A stretch of 63,994 nucleotides of DNA, counting the filler, from Globobulimina sp. (lineage: Eukaryota), in assembly GCA_003354225.1 (NCBI GenBank). It is 9 parts of 9 records of this genome, joined end to end, with 100 filler letters (N's around TTAATTAATTAA, not from the genome) between each part and the next. Parts side by side here need not be neighbours in the genome. Positions count along the whole stretch, not along the records: positions 50,062 to 57,068 come from PIVH01000209.1; positions 57,169 to 63,994 come from PIVH01000231.1; 7 more parts are not named here. The stretch is one strand, 5' to 3'. Of the stretch, positions 50,332 through 60,795 are shown piece by piece. Both the position numbers and the translations under genes were made by a program. The notes beneath the pieces are model-generated. The model did no database searches, was not told the DNA's origin, and worked only from the letters and a program-made list of their open reading frames with translations. Every line of letters begins with the position of its first letter. Position 1 is the stretch's first letter.

Positions 50332-53300
50332 AACAAATACATTTCGTGACACTCAAAAACTTTTACAGATCCATTATAAAAACCATTCATCTCAAAACAA
50401 ACTCTGCCTTAATAAATGAAATACTGTGCACGCTTTTTAATGTCTGGAATAGCACATATTGCATCCCGTATTACTTCCGCCTGGGCTCTATAATCCCGAT
50501 ACTAAAAACACCAAAAGGATGCACGCCAAACCAGTATCGTCCCATAACTCTCCTACCTATAATATTTAAAGCGTACGAAAGATTGGTACTGTGGGAAATG
50601 TGCATCAAATACAAGTTCCGAGCAAACCTGCATATCTTGCAAGGTGGCAACCGCTCTAAGAGAGGTGTGCCAGAACAGATAGGTGCACTAAACTTAATCG
50701 CTGAGACTGCCAAAATGCGTGATGTCCCTCTATACTGTGCACTGTTGGACATACGCAAAGCCTTTGACACCGTTTGGAGGAAAGGCCTTATATAAACTGC
50801 ACCACGACTTCGATATTCCTGTCCATATTTGCAAAATAATAAAAGCTATTTATAATGATTCGCATGCGGCAATACGTGACATTCCATTCATATCCAATAA
50901 ATTTATACTGCATAACGGAGTGTTGCAGGGATCTGTGCTATCTCCGGTGTTATACGCCGCGTTTCTAAATGATATGATCTACAAACTACAGGCCTCCGGG
51001 AATGGTGCTTTCTCGCCCAATGAAAATGAAAAAATAGCATGTAAATAAAATATCGCACCTGAATAAGTCAATAAAAATATGTGAGGAGCACAGCGTTAAA
51101 TGGAATTATCGATTCAATAACAAAAAATGTATGACCATGATATACAATGACGATTCAATCAATAAAAACAATCTCAATACGTACAATATAAATGATATAA
51201 TCCTAATAAACCATGAATACCATGAAACTGATGCAATACACAAAAATAAACCCGCTCCAATGATACTAATACAGAAACCGATAAACAATCAGATATTGGC
51301 AGTAAATATACATAACCAAATCCAAGCATACAGTAAAGAGGAAATACCCCCAAATCATCTAAAAATGTTCCTAAATCATATTAGTTTCTATAATGACATT
51401 ACAAATAAACCATTCCCGACAATGTGGAATAATATGCGTTATGATCGCACATTTACGATTAAACAATGAAAGACTAAACTGCACAACATTCATGCGGTAC
51501 TTAGGTGCCATGCTGTGCAGCTATGACGCCACGAACTTAGTCTCCACTGAATACACCAATAAACACTTTCTGAAAAAACTTGACAACAAAGCCCGTATAT
51601 TATCTGCATTGGATTTCAATCACGAGTATATATCCCTTGACGATAAAATCCGTATACTAAAAACGTTTTATTTGGTTTATACTGAGATCTTCGCTCAGGT
51701 CCTGGACAGTGATCAAATAAACCTAAAAGAGGCGACGCAAAAACAACTTGAAGCGATACGTAGACAGACCAATATCAAAAAGTTTATTCCAAAACAACTT
51801 TATCTGTGGGCTGGAATACCCACACCATCCGAAAGATGGATTTCCTTGAAACTTGTCTTTTATTGGAAACTACTAAATATGCCCAATGTCTCCTTAATTG
51901 CATAAATGGGCGCAACTGTCGCATATTAATCACCATAAATTATATAAACAGTATGCAGCGTTGAGAGATAGATGGCTGCCGCCAGCCAACCAAATAGTAC
52001 ATAATGGTGTCCAAATGATAGATCCCTTTGAAAGTGTTGCTGAACAGCATGAGCTACGACCAATTATAATAAAAGCGCAGCACAAACACATCCTAAGCAC
52101 GTTAAATGAATATCACCCTCTAAAAATAATTAATCATATAACAAGTGATTATAAACCAATGAATATGTATGAAATGGAAGAATTAGCGGATTATATTAAA
52201 TTAACAATGATTGAATCTTACCGTGCGTTATTCTATAATTTTAACCAAAAAGATCCATTCTGTAATCTATGCAATTGTAATATTAACAAACCATTGGAGC
52301 TGCACCTTGCAGTACTTTGTCCCATATTGAATGAACTACGCCAAGAATATTGGTATCATGCGAGCTTCACCTTTGCCAAAAATGGATCCGAGATAAACAA
52401 AATCCACAATCAACTGTATATGCAGAGATTGATTGAACTTTGCCGTAATGTTAATGTCAATAAATCGCAATTCTGGAAGCTTCTCTGTGGCGCCAATATC
52501 TACAAAACAGAGTCCAATGAGTTTGTATACCAGCACCAGCAGATAAATATAAATATCAACAAATACACTTTATATCGCAATTTAATATCCCAAACACACC
52601 GATGGATCCATAATGTATACCGCATCAATCAGAACACATTGAACTTAAACAGAATGAGAAATCAGCACATAACCATGATGTCCATGATGCCATTATACCA
52701 TACACGCAGCAGAAATATCAGAGAATGGAACGCTGCTAAACATCGATTAAAACAAAGTGACCTCATAATAGCCACAGACTCCTCACATGAACCAAGGACA
52801 AATACCACGGGAATTGGCATTTTCATATTAGATAATAATACAATTCACTGTTTTGCACAACCAATTGGTGCCCAAACTAATCACTTTGGCGAATTATTTG
52901 CGATCCATAAATCCAAATTCCTTATCAATTACTGTAAGATTGATACAAGCAATCGCAGGAAAGTCATATTTACTGATTCTTTGTATAATTTTATGCCACT
53001 AATAACTACGCCTCGCAACCTAGATAAATTAGCACATTCTAATCTGTTCATAAACACACAAAAATACATAAAAAGAAGTGAAAGTATATTATGGAAAGTA
53101 AAATCCCATACCAAACCAAAGCAGCAACCATTTAATAATGTAGCAGATAAACTAGCAGAGATTGGAAGAATGCATTCCAATAACTCAAACTATATCGATA
53201 TCACTTTTAACTCTGTACAATATGCCAAATACAAATCATTCCACTTTACAAATGGTATCTCCTTTGATACCATAAACAACCTCGCCGGGATGTTCAAGCA

Positions 53301-53360
53301 ATCGGTGAGTATGGAGCCAGACTTACTACCTGGCTGAATGTGCCCCTACTACCATTAAGT
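50332..53360 (+). mobile_element. 5'-truncated, frameshifted non-LTR retrotransposon (LINE): RT, CCHC zinc knuckle, RNase H
   Basis: YRPITLLPIIFKAYERLV, LLDIRKAFDTVWR, GVLQGSVLSPVLY, KWNYRFNNKKC, RYLG; CNLC..HLAVLC; RNase H IATDSS/GELFAI/FTDS/KVKSH/NNVADKLA. About four frameshifts; the YADD motif is missing. Confidence 0.93.
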
Positions 53361-54064
53361 AAACGATATATTCCAAAAGATAACTATATGTTTGCTATAG
53401 GTTTGTCTTCAGTTTGTTCTGGGTTTGTTATAACTTTGTCTTGGGTTTGCAAATCCATAGAGTCAGTCGGTATAAGTATTTATGCATTAACGCAGGATTA
53501 TAATTATCATGGTTGCATGCACTGTTATTGCAACTTATTGCTATGGATATACATTATATTGCGATGCATTGAAATCATCATTCAGGAAAAACAGGCAGCT
53601 TGAATCCAAGCAATATATATTTCTGCCATCCTTTTTTGCATGTGTATTACCATCTGATGCATGCATATTTGCATTGAACAATTTTTATTGTTATGGGAAA
53701 TAATCCATTGATGTATCATCATGATTATGTGTATCCGCGTGATTGAAACTTTGTCGATACAAAAAAACGTACTTTAAGCTTGATTCAAACAAAATACATA
53801 TAATTATTATATAACATATATAGTCACTTTATCAAGAATAGAACATGCTAAATGCAGATGCAGTGAAACAACAGAAAAACTGTATACTGTATACAGAAAC
53901 AACATTGTTCACGGTTCACCATCAGAATAATATAAAATTAAAGAGTTTGTATGAATTGTAATATGAATAATTTTGCTTTTTAAGAAATTAAAATTAATTA
54001 TGAATTAATAACATCTACGAAAAAAAAAATAATGAAAAAACATAACGTAATTAAACACTTATTC

Positions 54065-55216
54065 TTATTTTTTATCATTAACACCTTTTCCTTCTCTTTT
54101 CCAATAAAAATATTCCTTTTTATCTCCATAATATTCCTCTGCTTTAACTAATTTTTGTCTTTTTTTTTTATTTTGGATTTTTTGATTTTTATCAATTTTA
54201 TTTGAATCATTCTTCGATTTCGCATTTTCTTTCCTTTCATTAAATTTATTCGTTTCTTTTTTTAATTCTTTCTGATCATTGATTAATAAATGTTTCCTCT
54301 CTTGTTCTAAAATTTTATGTTTATTTATCAATTGTTTTTGATGATGTTTGTACATCGTAACATAAATAGTTTCATCTCTATTTATTACATCATGACTAAC
54401 ATTATTATCAGTCATCCATTCATGATTTAAGGCTTTCTTTGCAGTCATTTGATTGGATAATAATTTAGTTATAAAGTCATTTGCTAAATTACTAATTCTC
54501 ACGTTTTCAGATACAATATTTAATTGCCCGGTTAACAAAAACAATGTCAATTTACCGATACTCCACAAATCAAATGATTTTAATTCCCTTCCTTTAAAAT
54601 AATTTCTTTTATTTTTGATTGGCGGTAATTGCCAACAACAATTTAATAATTTATTATTTACATCCATTATTAGAGTATGATTGGTTGCAAATTGAATGGT
54701 ATTAAACTCAGTCAATAACACTTTATCGATATCTTTATTATTCATATCAATTTTGACAGATTCCGGTGATATATCCAAATGAATAATGTTGTTTTCATGC
54801 AACACATTTACAGCAACTAATAACTGCCCAATCCACGACCTAATGATATATTCATTCATTATAATATTTTTATTTTTATCTTTTAATAAAATATCCCATA
54901 ATGAATATGTATGTTTATGTGCATTATTATCACTATTTATTCCCTCAAATAATACACCATCTGAACCTTTAATGAGTTTTGAAAATATTAAATTATTCCG
55001 ATTATATCTTAAAACGGGAGATATATTATTTACATTCTTAATTATTTTACTTATTAATAATATATTTTCTAACTCGTTACCATTTAATGATAATAAATGA
55101 TTGATAAATTGATTAATTTTCATATATTGTACTCGTAATTGCTTTTTCTTTATACCTTCAATGTCAGTTTTATTTAATTCTGATCGAATTTGTTTATGTT
55201 TTGTTAGGTTTGTCAC
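54065..55216 (-). pseudogene. degenerate protein kinase-like ORF
   Basis: QLLVAVNVLHENNIIHLDISPESV, FDLWSIG, MTAKKALNHEW. No DFG or APE. No ATG at the 5' end; may be linked to 55231..55737. Confidence 0.6.
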
Positions 55217-55230
55217 AAATTAATAAATAT

Positions 55231-55737
55231 TTAACTTCGTTTTTTTAGTTTTTGTGGTTTGGAACCCATTTCATTGCGTTTTCTTTTCCTGTTTTTTAAT
55301 TTTCTAATTGGATGTATTGAATATTGAAGTTTATTATTATTTGTAATGGTATTTGTGTTTGTGTTTGTATTCGTATTCTTGTTGTTGTTGTTTTGTTTCT
55401 CATCCATAATATGATCGATATCATCATCCTCGTCATCAGACGCATCGCTGTCATCGTAGCCGTCATGATTATCATTGTTGTCATCAGACGTATTATTATC
55501 ATCGCTGTCATCGCTGTCATCGTTATCATGGTTGTGATTATTATCATCTTTTGCCTCGTTGTAAAATTGGATAATTAAATTATTATCTCCGACGACATTG
55601 TAATCGCCACAGAGAGTCATACTATTGCCATCACCAACTACAGCATTGTGAATATAGTAATCGCCAAACACAGTATTTTCGCCTAATGCCACTTTAGCGT
55701 TATCTATAAGATTCGGCAGAGATAACTTTTTGCCCAT
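55231..55737 (-). CDS. hypothetical low-complexity D/N-rich protein with a basic NLS-like end
   Basis: ATG ORF of 168 aa with short xxGDxN repeats, an acidic tract and KLKNRKRKR. Confidence 0.45.
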   Translation of the reverse strand: MGKKLSLPNLIDNAKVALGENTVFGDYYIHNAVVGDGNSMTLCGDYNVVGDNNLIIQFYNEAKDDNNHNHDNDDSDDSDDNNTSDDNNDNHDGYDDSDASDDEDDDIDHIMDEKQNNNNKNTNTNTNTNTITNNNKLQYSIHPIRKLKNRKRKRNEMGSKPQKLKKRS

Positions 55738-55799
55738 TGAGAATAAATGTTTTCGAGACTAAATAAAGTCAGACAACTTGACACACAATCATCTTTTAC

Positions 55800-55837
55800 G
55801 GAGTATTTCATTGTTACAGTTTGTGGATGTAAATTAT
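55800..55837 (+). repeat. ~40-bp direct repeat, copy 2
   Basis: Matches 50289..50329 with one substitution and a 3-T indel. Confidence 0.88.
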
Positions 55838-56051
55838 AGTAAACAAAAAGATATTATGTTTATATTTTATATTATGTAGATAATGGGATATAGATAATGT
55901 ATATGCCGAAGTGGGCAATTATGACTTTACATGGTCCTCCAAATCATCTAAATTTAAATCAAACGATGGAACTTCAGTACCATTGAAATGTCAGTACCAT
56001 GTGTATTGGTGGTGGTTATCGGTGAAACAGTTTTAAAAAGATTTGATTTAA

Positions 56052-57068
56052 TTGGAACGATGCTTCGGCTTCACGCATTGGGCTGGAAATATGGCCGGCG
56101 ATGGTCCTCAATATGGCAAATTCGATGGCAGTCCGTCATTGAGCGGCGGCAGAGATAAGACCGGACCGCTCGCGATCTACAACGCAGCAATGAGTAATGC
56201 AGTGGTCATCTCCGCATTGACGAATCATATGACAATGTCCGATTACACCAAAACAAACAGCAACAGACAGAAGGAAATCCAGTGGGGCATCATTGGTCAA
56301 GTGGACGATGTGGCAGTTGGCTTTAATACGTCGTTTATAATTGCCACCCATCCAAACGGTGGAGGAGTAAATCGTGCTTTTCAAGCTTGGGGTACTATGA
56401 TTTAAACAAATATTTTTATTTATATGTTTATATATATCTGTGTGTTTTAATTTTATTTCAGGTGATCGCCAGTTGCAATATTATGGCAAAAAAAGAGGTA
56501 ATGCGCATTCCAGAGATTATACACTTCAATATATTGGATATTCCACTGATAATGGTATGTTTTTTAGCCTTTTTGTAATAAAAAACAATGTAATATTTTT
56601 CATAATGTATCGAAAACGTTGAGGTGCGTACTATTATTACGAGACTGAGCCAAATAAGAATTATCAAGAAACCATGATTGATGTCAAAAATTATCATAAG
56701 CAGATCAACGTACCCACAAAATGGTTATTATTGGATTCCTGGTGGTATTATAAAGGTGTTATATTATTCATTTTTGCCGTATATTATATTGACTGTAAGT
56801 TCTAAAATAAATAAGGTGTGAACAATGGCGTTAAGAATTGGACTGCAATGCCCTCAGTTTTCCCAGGCGGAATCAAGGCTGTTCAGCAGGCGACGCAATG
56901 GAAAATCCAAGCTCATAATAGATATTGGGATATAGATAATGTATATGCCGACAACATACCAAACCAACACGAAGTGGGCAATTATGACTTTACATGGTCC
57001 TCCAAATCATCGTTGCCGTTAACTAGAGCTTTCTGGAAATATTTATTCGATGCAAATACTGATTGGGG
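56052..57068 (+). CDS. putative glycoside-hydrolase-like protein, partial, multi-exon
   Basis: Introns 56392..56461, 56555..56623 and 56756..56815 give a continuous frame: ..AWGDRQLQYYGK..IGYSTDNGAYYYY..LLDSWWYYKGVNNGVKNW..VFPGGI..AHNRYW. Confidence 0.7.
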
Positions 57069-57168
57069 NNNNNNNNNNNNNNNNNNNNNNNNNNNNNNNN
57101 NNNNNNNNNNNNTTAATTAATTAANNNNNNNNNNNNNNNNNNNNNNNNNNNNNNNNNNNNNNNNNNNN
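57069..57168. other. artificial contig spacer
   Basis: 44 N + TTAATTAATTAA + 44 N. Confidence 0.99.
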
Positions 57169-57380
57169 GGTGAAATAAATCCGAATGAACAAAGTTGTCA
57201 GATGCTTTATTCTCCGAATCGATCCAATGATATTAAAAACATAGTTAATAATTTGGATCTCCTCCCTGTGTGTCCCCTGTGTGTTGTGAAGGTCTATTTA
57301 AATTGTAAAGTTTCTTTCAAATTAAATCATCGAACGTGTAAATAGCAAATGGTAGTTATATGTCAACCAACTTATATTGA

Positions 57381-58669
57381 TTAATTATTTGGGTTAAATA
57401 ATTGTTCACAAGTTTTGCCTTCCCAGAGATTATATGTTACTAAATTCTTACGACTCCTATCAATGGTCATTGAGCCTGGGCGATTTCTGCCATGAATCAT
57501 CTCAAAAGGTACTATCCGTAGGTCTTTAATCTTGAACATGATATAACGATTTTGTACGTGTGGTAAATTGTTAACAGACCAAACCACATATCGTAAAACC
57601 TTCAATAAATCAATTTTTTGTTGATGACATAAGGAAGTTGCTCCGATTCGTATACAATATGGTGGATATGCTTTCGGCTTTTTAATTTTTAAAACTTTCA
57701 CAAAATGTTTTAAAATTTCCGCCAATTTGGAAGGGCGCCATATTACTCCATTTAATCCTACAAAGACATAATTAAAGTGATTTGTATTCAAATTACAAAC
57801 TCGTTTAATTAATTTTTTCTTTCGTTTATTTTCTGATATTGATAATAGTTTTGAATTTAAATGGCGATGTATGACTCTTCGCCTGTTTAAAAGCACCATA
57901 TATATTGCATAGAAATCCAAGTACCGACAATGACAATTTTTTACGTTATGGCATATTGGCGGAGACATATAAATCCGCTTTGGTTCACCTCTAAACTCCT
58001 GGTTTTTATACCAATGAACCAAGATTTGTAAATATTGTCTGTGATATGGTTTGTTTAAGTTATGCTGTGAAATATCACCCCATCGTAAACCTGTGGTTAT
58101 ATTCTCCCAATCCGCATTTTCTGTACTGTCGGTATACAAAATCTCTGCGGGACGGCTTATAGTGAAAAAGCATATTAATAATAATAATGCTCTTGTCAAG
58201 GATTCCAATGGGGCAATTTGCCATGTTTCAGGGGTAATATTTATAAATTTTAAATAATCCACCAACCAATAAATCCGCATTGGTAATCGAATTTGTCTGG
58301 GTTTTTTATATAATTTCAACATGGTGGTATGGATTGTATCATAAAACCCATCTTCATAAAAATTAGGTTTCCCTCCACATGATTTGACCCACCAAGATAA
58401 GGCCGATGACCATGTTTTATGCGAATTGCACGATCCCAAACGTATACTACGATCATATTGCCAATATATTGCAAATGCAGGATTTATATTTGGTAAAAAT
58501 GGATTCTGTCCATGCTCGATATTGTAACCCCACCAATCCTTTAAAACTGACACATAATTTGTTTTTGTGGTGATTCTCCTGCTTCTGAATATATCTATTA
58601 AAATCCGTTTGGTAGTCGTCGGGTCATATTTTGCTACTTCACGATTCCAGAAGACTCGGCGTGTTATTC
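57381..58669 (-). CDS. tyrosine recombinase (YR) of the retrotransposon
   Basis: LLICFFTISRPAEIL (catalytic R), LRWGDI, WYKNQ (K), YCIRIGATSL (HxxR position), VVWS and NRYI (W, Y). The frame is open up to a candidate acceptor at 58670. Confidence 0.88.
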
Positions 58670-58806
58670 CTGAACAAATTTCATACTATTTTATATATAT
58701 TATAAGACGGAACGTGTAAAAGCGTTTTTGTTAAATAAACAGACACTGCTACAGTTTTTAAGTCAGTTCACTTCAAATCAATGTCAAGAAGGTGGTCGGC
58801 AGTTGG

Positions 58807-60542
58807 TTAGTTATATAGATTATGTAACAATCTCAGATTAGGATAATATTCCAATTTAGATTGATTTGCATTAATTTCCAAATCAAACATATCCACAATT
58901 CGATGAAATCTTGCCATCTCAAATCTGGATAAAGAATCAGCTAAACCGTTGAAATCAGATGGGATGAATTCTACTCGTAAATCAATACAATAAATACACA
59001 TTAAAAGTACAATTTCTTGTATATACTGCATCAATTTTGGGCTGCCTGCCCAACATTTATAGATACTGAAAAGCACAGATTTATTATCAATATATAATAA
59101 TAGTTTGCGCCCAGTTAAAATATCTCTATAATTGTATAATAGCATAATTACAGCATGAGCTTCTTGATAATTAATGGACATTGTTCGATGATTTATATTA
59201 TTTATATTTAATTTATTTAAGAAATGATAATTCGCAAAATGTGATCCTACGATAAAGCCACCACCTTCGTTACTTGCATCCGTTGCACCTGTTATTGTGA
59301 TTGATGGTTGATTTATGATTGAATGCATAGTAACGGTTTGCATATGCAATGTATATTGTAGCCAAAAACGTAAATCCTGAATTATAGGATCTGGAACCCA
59401 AAATATTTTATTTTTCATTCTTGGATTCTTACGGATTTTTTCATGAATCAAGCGAAGTAATCTGTAGCATAGGATTTTGGCTGATTTTCTGAATTGTGCC
59501 CAATGCATTATTTTGCCACAAATGGATTCTAATGCATGTCCTGATGCATATCGATGTAGTATTATTAGTTTTATTCCATGACATAATTGTTTATATTTAT
59601 GAGTCGGTATGTGTACATTTTTCAATTTTAAATTAAAACCAAAACCATGTACAACACCCTCAGTTATAGCCGTTTCATCCTTTGCATGAGAAACATTTAC
59701 TTTTAAATCATCACACATTTGATCAAATTTATGAGCCATTTCTTTTGCTTCTCTCTCTGAATGAGAGGCAATTAAGAAATCATCAATGTGTACTAAAAGT
59801 CGATCTTTCTTTAAGAAATGTAAATATTTATTCTCAAAAATCCAAATTAAAATCTGTGCAAAGTGTTGACAATTTGCGGCTGCTGACGCTAAGCCATATG
59901 CTTGGCGTAGATCACCAAAAGAAAGACCAAAAATGCAATATTGGATAAATTCACAATCATTTGAGGCTAATTTTAATTGTCTAAAAGCATCCTTTAAATC
60001 ACGTAACGAAACATATTCATATTTTATTAGGATTTCAATATATTTTCGGATATTTGGAAGTGTTGGGATTTTGCATTTTTCTTTCTCAATCAATTCGTTT
60101 ATGGATACTGTCCTCTGAGTGCTATATGAACCATGTCTGGCAACTCTGATTTCAGTCATTTGTTGTGTATCATTATTTCGTTTTGGTACACATAATAAAT
60201 TCAGATTATAATGGAAAGTCTTATGATTTGCAGTGATATAACTTTTCTTCGCTTCTTTTACTATCCGATTCAAAATTTCTTTCAATTCCTTTTTATTTCT
60301 AACAATATTTGATACATGTTTTGATAGTTTGGATGGGTCGCGATCTTTCAACCATAATGGATATCCATCCTCAATTAACACAATTTCTATGTCTCCATTT
60401 GGGTGATCGCTTAAATAGTCACGGAATAAATTGATATTAAAATGATGAGGGATTTCCGGCGGATTTATCCATAACTCTACCAATTCTTGGAGTAGATTGG
60501 CACAGTCATCATCAATATCGCGTAATTTTGGTAGTATTGTTT
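58807..60542 (-). CDS. reverse transcriptase + RNase H of the retrotransposon
   Basis: CVPKR, SLRDLKDAFRQL, QAYGLASAA, VHIDDFLI, LESICGKIMHW; RNase H ATDAS, INYQEAHAV, YIDNKSV, NGLADSLSR. The frame is open up to a candidate acceptor at 60543. Confidence 0.94.
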
Positions 60543-60795
60543 CTATATATTATTGGGTTTATATTATTGTATACGATTATAAATATAATTATTGATTATG
60601 AGTTATTTTTGTTGAGTGTAAATATGAGTCACCACGTTGACTCACTTTTACATAACGATTTTGAGTCAATAGGAACAGTTATTTGTTAGTTATTTGTTAA
60701 GTGTTTCTAACTTGATACAAACTAAACGCTTATGTTGGAAAAAATGAGTTAGATTTAATAAATCAAGGATTTTTATTTTAAAATTTAAATATATT

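Noticed and set aside
7084-57168. Recurrent TTAATTAATTAA flanked by N runs, and ORFs running into them
   Set aside because: Identical 100-nt artificial linkers with stops in all frames. Contigs are length-sorted, so adjacency across spacers has no biological meaning.
57381-60542. Prophage integrase plus retron, group II intron or DGR reverse transcriptase
   Set aside because: The RT is fused to an LTR/DIRS-type RNase H and preceded by a zinc-finger gag. There is no maturase domain, msr/msd, template/variable repeat pair or phage gene.
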